A program made the translations under genes and the position numbers. Below, piece after piece: positions 54,437 through 64,000 of a stretch of 64,000 bases of DNA (position 1 is its first letter; every line of letters starts with the position of its first letter). The DNA is taken from positions 959,059-1,023,058 of the forward strand of contig NMRA01000035.1 in assembly GCA_002633005.1 (NCBI GenBank), given 5' to 3'. The notes below the pieces were generated by a model. That model saw only the letters and a list, made by a program, of their open reading frames with translations. It had not been told where the DNA came from and ran no database searches. The stretch is from Phoronis australis. Its lineage: Eukaryota; Animalia; Phoronida.

Positions 54437-54500
54437 TAGCTGAATGGTTAGCACGCTTGCCGGTTTTATGGGGGCCGCTGGTTCGATCCCCAGGTCGGGT
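54437..54500 (+). repeat. tRNA-derived SINE head
   Basis: TAGCTGAATGGTTAG A-box and GGTTCGATCCC B-box; stems incomplete. Confidence 0.5.
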
Positions 54501-56429
54501 AATCACGGCTATTACTACAATTCCAAAAATTCTCAAAAATGTTTCCTACGGTCCTACCCCGTTCCCTTAGTACTTTTTACAAATTTCTGCTCGCACTATT
54601 TCCTGTTAGATACAGCAATGTTGCATGGAAGGAGTCATCTGGTGGCCAAATACTGAACTAATTTAGCGACTCCCATATTCTGCAGAGCATCGCTCTTCAT
54701 AAGTTTAAACTAAGTGAGACCCATTGAACCCGGCCCGAGATACGGTCCTAAGGGTTGGAATTCCTATGGTGAGCCTGGTATACAAATACTAACAAGAATC
54801 CGCACAGAAAGGAGTTGTTTTCGAGGTCCAAATTCGTGAAAAGAGTAACTATCACTTCAGAGAATTTCGTGGAAAAGGGGTCAAATGATCACCACTCTGA
54901 AAATTTATGGAAAAGGGTGAAATGCTAGCCGTTGTTGCGCCATGATATCTCGGGAAAACTTTAAGGGTAATCTCGTGGGCAAATATCATTCAGAATCGAT
55001 GTTGCTGTTTCATTCATTTGCAACTGGTGTCGCTGTAATCTTGAGTTGAGCGAACATGGCGGTGTCAACTGGGAAACAGTGTGAACAAAAATTTGACGAT
55101 AAAATACTGCGGAAACGTGATAGGGGACACGTACATATATTTTTGGCACGAGAATGATAGGCGAAATCAAATGATACCAAAATCATACGTGTAAGTCAAT
55201 GTCACCATGTAAACAATTACAAATCTTGCCTGTAGCTGAAGCTGGTTCTTGAGGCTGTCGGCCTTGCAAATTGGGCGTATAGTGTTACTTTCCCTAAGGC
55301 ATATCAGGTGAACCCGTGTAATTACAACATATGCAAAGTTTAAATGAATCAAAATACAGCGCTGGGTGCTTACAAAAACAGTTCATCAACAGTACCTGTG
55401 CTGTGAAGTTAAATGTCGCAATTTGAAGAAAGACACCAAAATTTAAGTTACTGACCTAATTTTTACTTGTATGCCATTTGGAGACACGATAAGTAGTTAC
55501 CGAGGGTTACTTCTGGCAGAAGTAGAAACAGATGAAGGTGTCATTTTGAAAGTGGCCTTTTTCAACAACATAATTCTTTAATTTGATTTTGTGAATTCTT
55601 GTGAAGAAAACACGAGGAGAATAGAGGATGATTATGTTGTATTCCAGGTTTGTTTTGAAACAATTGTACAGGTGCCACGTTCCAAATTTTTTAAACTTTG
55701 AGCAAAGCCCACACATGTGAGTATCACTGGTTTCTGATTGGTCTGAGACGACTGTGGGAAAGTGCATATCACTGTCTGCACTCATTTGTGATACATTTCA
55801 CCTTATTTTATGTTTCCATATAAATTCTGTTGACTTTAGAACTGTAAAAGCTTACATTTTGTAACAAAACACTATTTCTGGGGCTTTCATTGGAGTGTCG
55901 CTGTTAACTCCCTGATTACTAGAGACCAGATCTATAGGCTAAAATTTCAAGTAGTAAAACTTGCTTAGCTCACGAAAGTTTATACTTATGATCAATACAT
56001 TACAACTCTATGTCTTTGAAAGCACGTGTCTACGACGCCATGCTTTCCTGACATTTAGTAATTGAATAAAAGGGTTGTTAAATCCATGCAGAAATCGAGC
56101 CTATTTGGACAAAGAAAATATTTGACACCAATGGTATGTGACCTAAATCAAAACTTGTTTTTGAAGGAAAGCGTAGGTTTAAAGCAGCTATACGTTGAAT
56201 TCAATTGTTTTCAGTATTATCATACATTTCTGCTTCAAATCCCCACATTTCAATAGTAGAAACTTCCAAATCGTCTGCTTCCTCTGCTTCTTCAACTTGT
56301 TGCCTCCCACATTCAAAAGCCAAGATTTTGCCCCTGTGTGGTTCAGTAAAAAAGATGGCATGCACATAGCATTGGCTGTTTGCGATTGGGATTCAAACAA
56401 GCTTATAAATGTATCTGGTAAGGTTTCCA

Positions 56430-57050
56430 GGTACTTGTTTACACAACAACATTACATTGGGCACACAGTCTGTTCCTTGTCGCGATGACTTTCAATGCAT
56501 TTACAAAATGGCTCCGTAAAAGACCATTTTCAAAATGTTCATGGTCGCAAGATATCTCGTCAAGAGATTGTTGACAACACAGTCATTCGATGCATTGAAA
56601 ATGATGTAAACAGGTTACAAACATTAGAGTCACTTCTAATAATGTTTGAAAAGCCTAGTTTGAATGAGCAGCTAACTGGAACTCCAAGGACTCTATCATT
56701 ATTTAGGTGATCTGTGCATTATGATGCACAGCAACGTGTGTATCGTGTGTTTTTATCGTCATAGTTGGGCATGCCAACTTCACGTGTTATATTACATTTG
56801 TCATTTCTGATGTGCGTTTCACTGTGAATTAGTTGTAAATAGAAGTCTGAAAAAGAGATATGTGTCTCGAAATATCGCTTTATAAATTGTTACCTACTAA
56901 TTTCGTTTAGATTTTTATTGCACTGTTGTGATGTAAAGACAAGATCTCTATTTAGAGAGTTTGAAAGAACTGAAATTAAACTCGTAAAAACAGATCAAAG
57001 TCATGTCTTCAATGAAATGTGTATACGAGAAAGATTACTGCCAAATTATA
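56430..57050 (+). mobile_element. Penelope-like retroelement remnant (GIY-YIG C-terminus plus pseudo-LTR with ORF start)
   Basis: YIGHTVCSLSR*LSMH...LESLLIMFEKPSLNEQ fits a GIY-YIG endonuclease with an in-frame stop. It is followed by a hammerhead-like motif and REFERTEIKL...HVFNEMCIRERLLPNY, typical of a PLE ORF N-terminus. Confidence 0.75.
56843..56880 (+). ncRNA. Degenerate minimal hammerhead motif in the PLE pseudo-LTR
   Basis: AAGT-CTGAAAA-a-GAGAT atgt GTCTC-GAAA-TA-TC-GCTT; core G8 is replaced by A. Confidence 0.5.
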
Positions 57051-57744
57051 GAGACAACAAAAATCGTAAATGTTTTGAAGGTGGGTACACCGTCATTATG
57101 GGTACATAGTTGTCATGTCTATGAGCAAGGGCTAGTTAGGGTACATACCTTAATCTTGCCTTTTGGCTTTACACAAGGGAACATTTTGTTGAATGGCACT
57201 CAAGGTGCTTGTCCACTTGCCACTCTCCAACCAGTTTGCTCACTCAAATCTTAAGTCTAGACTTAACCTTGAGGCCCTAGTGGTCAAGATGGCTTTAGTC
57301 ACTTACAGGGTCCTGATTTTTGAGAATCAGATGTTAGTTATGTGGTGTATGAAACTGGTTCTAAAAATTTGAGACCCTTGTAAATGAATATAAACAAAAA
57401 GACTACCTGAGTTGATGCAAGCATGAAATTTCTGTCATCCACAAACATTTTGTCGTATTTTGTCATTAGAATATTCCACTGAACAATAGTAATTTGACAG
57501 CATGATAATGGCGAACAATTTAAAAATAATGTTTTGAAATAGCAATGCTTTAAATTTCATCAGGTTTTTTGTTAACTGTAGATACTGCTGTTTTTTGCCC
57601 CTAAAATACTCAGTCACGCTCCAGTGATGTAATTTATTCTAATATGTCGACGCTATATCGCCAAATGGCTGTTGGTCAAATCAGAATCTTACTATATCTC
57701 AAAAAGAAAGTTGTCTATTTCAGCTGGGATCTTTATTAGCCAAA

Positions 57745-57852
57745 ATGAGTGAAATGGAGGTCGACAGTGTGATAGAAACTATCGACAACACCAGTCGGTA
57801 CCGTCTCCAACTGACAGAACTTATGGAGTCTTTGAATCAAGCAGAGGAACAG
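57745..57852 (+). CDS. CRLF3: CRLF3 first coding exon (MSEMEVDSVIETIDNTSRYRLQL...AEEQ)
   Basis: Acceptor tttcag ends at 57723; aaaATG start; donor GTAGTT; coiled-coil-like peptide. Confidence 0.78.
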
Positions 57853-60800
57853 GTAGTTGATGACTGCAGGGCTGAAATCCTGAGATAAACGAGTCTTCTT
57901 AGTGTAACCCAACTCATTGTTGTATTTCAGTATGATTAATGTCATGTAGGGTCTTTTTGACAGGTTTGTGTGTTCGCCTAAATATCTACAAAACCATGGG
58001 TTTTAACTCAGTGAAAGTTTGTAGCTTCTGAAATGAGGGAGCCTTTGGAATTTAATTTTTAACCAATGTGCCATTAGTTGGGTCACACGACCATGTCTTT
58101 TTAGTAAAATTTAGCAAAAGGTACAATCATAGCAAAACAGTGTTAGCAATGACATGACCAAATTTAGTTTGATATGTTACGTTTACAAAAAATCTCAGAA
58201 ATGCTATAGTTGTTTTGTTTTTATTTTTCCAACTTTTAAGTTTTTCACAGAAACCATGAGTCCTGTTTTTTGATATCTTTTCACATTTTAAAAAGCAATT
58301 CCTAACAGCATGTAGGAGTGCAGTACTTGAAGCGTAGCTTGCCTGAAAATTTCATGTGAATTCGATCAGCCATTTCTGACAGATTCTGAAGTTAGCCAAA
58401 TTTGGTCATTTCTTGGGTCCTTAACCTTTATTATACTGTGGACATTTATTTTTTCGTGGAGATGAAGCAGAAGTTGTATGTTTTATTTTCACTTCACTAC
58501 TCATCAAAATAATGTGCGCTTTCCCTTTTGCACTTAATTGCCAACAAATTGTGAAAATTAATATAATCTTTAGATGTTTGTGTTCGGTTATAATTTAGCG
58601 TTTTAACTTTGTTCAACAGGTTTAAGGAAAATTGTCATACAGAAATGAAAAAAATGAAAGTGGCAGATAGCCTGATTTGAGCAGGGGGCCAGTGCAGTGG
58701 AAAGATGCTTAAGTTTGAAATGTTAAGAAGGTTGTTTGAGATGTGTTTAAGTCGATTACATTGATGCATTGATCAGTTGAATATTTTAGTCTGAAAGACA
58801 CAATGTAGCATGGTGTTACATGTTTTAATGTATTTGTTGTTATTTAGGTCAAACATACTGCAGAGGAGACTCGACAACAGTTGAAGGTGTACATGTCTGA
58901 CTTGAGGACACACCTCTGTCAAGCCCTGGATGATCGGGAGGTGGAGTTACTACACGAGATTGACACAGCAGAGAATACTGCCCTGAACCCTCTCGTGATG
59001 TGCCAAGATGTCATTAACAGTGGAATGTCGCAGGCTAGCGCCGTCATGGCAGAGGGTATGTCGGAAATAAGCTGCTGCGAATTTTGTCCTAGTTCTTGAT
59101 TATTTATTATATTAAACAGGGCTCAACATTAACTTTTTAAGCCACTTGCCCTTTGGGCAAGTAGTTGAAATTTTTACTTGCCCGAACAACAAATTCACTT
59201 GCCCCAAATAGCACCGTGCATGTGCAAACCTAGGTAATGTGTTACCGTAGGGCTGCCTGCACTGAGCCTCCTCTTGTGTCGTGCATGCTATGAGTTGCTA
59301 TTTTTTAACGATTCTTCTTATAGAACATTTATTTATAAGGTGTGTCAAAACATTAGAGAGACAAATTAGAAGAGCAACTATGGTATCTGAACCATTGTCT
59401 CACGTTCACAGGCGCCGAAATGAAATAGGACATGAACTCTAGACACTTCTGTGTATTCATTAGTTTATACACCCTCATGCATTAAACTTTGTTTAACCTG
59501 AATTTGAATTTTTGATATCCGTAAAAATCTTGCACAGTTTTGGTCATCGGTACCTTGTATTAAATTAAAATCAAATTTTAACATATAATAATGCCACATA
59601 TACTTTTATTTTCAATAAATAATTACATTTTTGAAAAATAGATAGGCCGCGAAAAAGTCACCCTTCAGAGCGACAATCCTGAAGACTGTATTCCTCTTCT
59701 TTCGGGAGTTGCCAGCGGGAGCCGGGAATTCATAAGAATTTCCTTTGGAATTCCCCCTGAATAAATACCAGGCCTTTAAAACTGCTGTGTAGTGTAGAAA
59801 ATATGTGGTCAATCATTCATTTTTTAGCTTTTGCACTTATCTGTATGACTTACATCCGCCGACGAACGCGGTGCTTCCAGCTCGGTACAAGGGTAAACGC
59901 CGGCAAAAATCACACGTCATCCCTTGTTCACTGTCTCGCAGGCCAGGAAACCTAACGTCCCATGACGGAAACCATCCCCGCACTCTTTTCGTTTCATATT
60001 GTTGCTTTGATTCTTCCTGAACTCGTTTTTTTAGCATCTGGACGGCTTCCTTGTTTGGACNTAAAGAAAACTTCCGAATCGATGAATGCGGTATATCTGT
60101 GAGAGTTAAATCGAATCCTATTCAGATCATAACTTTGAAGTGGAATAATTCGGTGAGTACAACAGCAAGTCGGTTTTATGCTTAGGCGGACGAACATTGG
60201 GTTCCCCAGTATAATTATAATTGTAATTATCATTAGTAGTTGCTAAGACAATGACTAAGCTTCAACAGACAGTGACATCAACTTTCAGCATTAACAATGA
60301 ATTTTGCAATATTACTTAATCATATACATTTGTCTCTTGTTTTCATGATCTGTTGAAAACATTTGTAGCATTTTGAAGGCAAACAGACAAATTCGATTTA
60401 TATCTCAGATTAACATACAGCGGACAGACTAGCAAACAATGGCATTCATCCTCAGTTTCATCCATGTCGCTGCATGACTATAATCTTTCCTCTTGAGTTA
60501 TACCAAAGTAACATTCTCACAAGCTTTACCAAGATAATATCCTCATGTGCTATATCGAGGTAGCGTCCCAATGTTATCTTTCGTATTTCAAATTGAACTA
60601 ATTTAACAGCATTTTAATGCCTTATTTCGTTTGGTATCTAGGTAAAGGCCTTTTGATGAGTGACCATGAAGCTAACAAGGACAGAATAATAGACTTTACT
60701 AAGAGAATCAACGATCTGAATTTAAACAGGTTTGGTTTCATTGAAGTTATGTTTAATGACTCCTGGCTATTTTTCAGCCTGTTGTGGCTTGGTGCAAAAC

Positions 60801-61367
60801 ATTACCATTAAGAACAATAGCCTATATGCGTCTGAGCGACTTATTTCTTTACACGACTGTCCGCCACGTCACAGTGAGCTAGTTTCCTACTATATTTTTG
60901 AACGTCATCTAGTGACATTTAATGTTTTTAGTATGGACAAGAGAGACAATCACTAGTATGTCAGTTTTAATAGTGGGAGTGAATGAAATTCAAATCCGGT
61001 TTAAGTTTGAAACTTGCAAGTTCGTCCTGAAACAAAATGCAGTAGTTGTCGTAGTCACTTGCTAATAACAAACGGAAGTAATTGCAGTAGTAATTACAGT
61101 CAATGCCTATCAACTCTGATCTCGTGCTTATTTCTATCACCTTCCCATCCTACCGTTGCCATGTGATATCCTCTGTTACTATGTTACAGCTTACCTGAAG
61201 TGCCCAGTCTTGCCGACGTTGCCTCTCTGTCAATCCAGTTCCCGCCATCCGCCATCGAAGACATACTCCAGCAGATCTCAGAACATGGCAAAATCTCCTC
61301 TCACTCGCTTGTTAAAATTGTCGACATCTCCCAGCGTCCCGGAGCTCTACTTGTTATGTGGGCTGAG
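57745..61367 (+). CDS. CRLF3: Cytokine receptor-like factor 3 orthologue, 5' part (4 coding exons; 3' part not found in window)
   Basis: join(57745-57852,58848-59055,60642-60729,61190-61367), phases 0/1/2/0. The peptides LDDREVELLHEIDT..LNPL..CQ and SLPEVPSLADVASLS...HGKI...QRPGALLVMWAE match recalled CRLF3 segments (LDERLVTLLQEVDT, SLPEVPLLVDVPCLS, EKPGGIIVRWCK). Confidence 0.88.
58080..58429. repeat. Dispersed repeat (copy B)
   Basis: Homologous to 38737-39115. Confidence 0.7.
58848..59055 (+). CDS. CRLF3: CRLF3 exon 2
   Basis: tttag acceptor, GTATGT donor. Confidence 0.9.
59117..60060 (-). mobile_element. hAT / ZNF862-like transposon remnant in CRLF3 intron 2
   Basis: CAGGGCTC terminus with cttgccc/gggcaag subterminal repeats. 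The minus-strand peptide RGWFPSWDVRFPGL...MTCDFC...FVGGCKSYR resembles a TTF-type zinc finger and is broken by stops. Confidence 0.65.
60642..60729 (+). CDS. CRLF3: CRLF3 exon 3 (copy 1)
   Basis: tctag acceptor, GTTTGG donor; phase 1-2. Confidence 0.8.
61190..61367 (+). CDS. CRLF3: CRLF3 exon 4 (copy 1)
   Basis: tacag acceptor, GTAACT donor. Confidence 0.85.
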
Positions 61368-61648
61368 GTAACTTGTGTTTGTGACCTGTAGGCATCATTT
61401 GTTGTTTCTACTTTACTGGTACAATGGAGCCCACTTCATGTCATACGGTCGGTTTCGAAGTAAATTATCATAATAAACGGCATATTCCATTAAGNCCTCA
61501 CAAGCTGTACCAAAGTAACGTCCTCACAAGCTATACCAAGATAATATCCTCACGTGCTATATCGAGGTAGCATCCAAATGTTATCTTTCGTATTTCAAAT
61601 TGAACTAGTTCAATTGCATTTTAATGCCTTATTTCGTTTGGTGTCCAG

Positions 61649-61736
61649 GTAAAGGTCTTTTGATGAGTGACCATGAAGCTAACAAGGACAGAATAATAGA
61701 CTTTACTAAGAGAATCAACGATCTGAATTTAAACAG
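61649..61736 (+). CDS. CRLF3: CRLF3 exon 3 (copy 2, probably the other haplotype)
   Basis: Same peptide as 60642-60729, offset 1007 nt, after the N at 61495. Confidence 0.6.
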
Positions 61737-62196
61737 GTTTGGTTTCATTGAAGTTATGTTTAATGGCTCCTGGCTAGTTTTCAGCCTGTTGTGGCTTGGT
61801 GCAAAACATTACCATTAAGAACAATAGCCTATATGCGTCTGAACGACTTATTTCTTTACGCGACTGTCCGCCACGTCACAGTGAGCTAGTTTCCTACTAT
61901 ATTTTTGAACGTCATTTAGTTGCATTTAATGTTTTTAGTATGGACAAGAGAAACAATCACTAGTATGTCAGTTTTAATAGTTCGAGTGAATGAAATTCAA
62001 ATCTGGTTTAAGTTTGAAACTTGCAAGTTCGTCCTGAAACAAAATGCAGTAGTTGTCGTAGTCACTTGTTAATAACAAACGGAAGTAATTGCAGTAGTAA
62101 TTACAGTCAATGCCTATCAACTCTGGTCTCGTGCTTATTTCTATCGCCTTCCCATCTTACCGTTGCCGTGTGATATCCTCTGTTACTATGTTACAG

Positions 62197-62374
62197 CTTA
62201 CCTGAAGTGCCCAGTCTTGCCGACGTTGCCTCTCTGTCAATCCAGTTCCCGCCATCCGCCATCGAAGATATACTCCAGCAGATCTCAGAACATGGCAAAA
62301 TCTCCTCTCACTCGCTTGTTAAAATTGTCGACATCTCCCAGCGTCCCGGAGCTCTACTTGTTATGTGGGCTGAG
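62197..62374 (+). CDS. CRLF3: CRLF3 exon 4 (copy 2, probably the other haplotype)
   Basis: Same peptide as 61190-61367, with a synonymous GAC/GAT change. Confidence 0.6.
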
Positions 62375-64000
62375 GTAACTTGTGTTTGTGACCTGTAGGC
62401 ATCATTTGTTGTTTCTACTTTACTGGTACAATGGAGCCCACTTCATGTCATACCGTCGGTTTCGAAGTAAATTATCATAATAAACGGCATATTCCATTAA
62501 GTGGCAATCGTAACCACTCTTGCGAGCTGATCATATTAAGTGGAGGGTATGAGAGTAACACAGCTAAACGGGGAACGACTGTCATTTGCTCCCAATTCCA
62601 ACTTCCATTCAGGCAAACGAATTGAAAATGAATTAAGTTGGTTTTTAGATGGAAAGGGAAGTTCCGCATGGGTTAGAATCAGTATTGTTGTTTTTTAATG
62701 ACATTATCTGAGAATATGGCAATAGGTCAGGACATTTGGGTTATTTTACACGAGTTTAGTTCTTAATGGTTCGTTTTTTGACATTTCATAACAATAGCGA
62801 GGATATTCTGTTATTTGGTATGACTTAAACTGTATATTTTTGTTTGGAAGGTATTAAATTAATCTTCAGCAGTTAATCTAATCACTTCCCAGCCATGTAT
62901 ACGTCATAAACTTGCTGAATGAAATAATACACTGGTTTAATAGTCTTTTCAAATCCTTGAGAAAAACGGGCAGACTGGAAGACTTCACCTTGAGACACCC
63001 CATGCTGAGGGGCCTCATGAGTCATAATCAGGTGATCAGTATTATAGACCAGTCATTTGGCCTAAAGATGCCTTGTGCACCGCTAAAGGCAGTTCTTCCT
63101 AGGGGAAAACAATACAATTATAGACGCAGATTAACAAATGTAAAGTATATTATGAATGGACTCAAAGTGAATGACAGCAACTTATTACCAAAGGGTCTTC
63201 TATGTTTTCAATGAATTGTGTGGAAGGCAGTATAGCAGAGTGGTGTGGCTTTGGTCTGCAACTAGTGAGTAAATCATTGAGCATAGCACTGGTTGCTTTT
63301 TGACATCATGTACCCTATTTCAACCTGAATGGATAAGAATGTTTTGAGGGTCTCAATTGGAAACAGTTCTGAGCAATTTTAAGGCTGTGCTATGACATTG
63401 CACTAACTGCACATTGCTATCAAATGGTGAAATATCCTAAAACTACTGAACTTTTCCTGCTCATAGTGGGTCCCATATTTTCTTGTGTTTTTATTAAGCT
63501 GTGAATGATATTTGATTACTAAAGTAAAAGGGCACTTTTTGCGGGTCTAAAGTTGTTAATGTCAAGTTAAACAATTTGAAGGTGCAACAAACTCACACCT
63601 GTCAGGACACTTATTGTTACAAAATTATTCTCATTTTGCTCCTTAGTCAGATTAGAAATGAGAAGCATTGACACTTCCTTATTTTCTGTTAGACCATGTT
63701 CATGAAGCTTGTTTCTCATGAGAGGAGATTTCTAGGCTTTTTATTGCATGCAACCTATTTCAATTCAAACAAGGTACAGTAGTACAAGCACATTGTTTTG
63801 GAAGAGCAAACATGCCTGTTTAGGAAGTTGTTTTTGATACCAGTGCCCGGTTGCATGAAACAGTTCCAAATAGGGACTCAACTAAGTTCCCTAAATATTT
63901 TGCATATTTGTGAACTTGTGAAAACACTGATTGCCCTTTCTTTTGCTGTTTGAGTCTCATTACTAAGTCAGTTTTTGGCTTTGATACAAATCAAGAGTGA

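Larger units (their letters stand above)
60500..62502. repeat. ~1-kb near-identical direct duplication across an N, containing CRLF3 exons 3-4
   Basis: Offset 1007 nt; N at 61495; scattered SNPs. Confidence 0.92.

Noticed and set aside
16681-54500. Three tRNA-like segments as functional tRNA genes
   Set aside because: A and B boxes are present but acceptor and anticodon stems do not form; treated as SINE heads or pseudogenes.
62503-64000. Further CRLF3 exons or the 100-aa ORF at 62912-63214
   Set aside because: No FN3-like peptide continuing CRLF3 was found; the ORF is unrecognisable and likely intronic.

Overview
AT-rich, intron-containing genomic DNA from a non-vertebrate animal; the lineage cannot be fixed from sequence alone. 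Hand-splicing on GT..AG boundaries with consistent phases gives three genes. (1) A 22-coding-exon Dachs / class-XX-type unconventional myosin (+, 8374-23711, about 1213 aa) with a motor domain, one IQ motif, a Pro/His-rich tail and an SH3-like end. (2) A convergent 4-coding-exon uncharacterised two-TM protein (-, 50722-26503, about 761 aa) with four PPxY motifs, acidic dileucine signals and a C-terminal PDZ-type ligand; a perfect CLEAR-type E-box (GTCACGTGAC) lies next to its putative first exon. (3) The 5' part of a CRLF3 orthologue (+, from 57745), apparently continuing beyond the window. Introns and intergenic DNA carry MITEs and non-autonomous DNA transposons, a hAT/ZNF862-like remnant, tRNA-derived SINE heads, and a Penelope-like remnant. 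Two minimal hammerhead-ribozyme motifs are present. Two apparent tandem duplications abut single Ns and are most likely haplotype-overlap assembly artefacts. Family assignments are from recalled motifs, not database searches.
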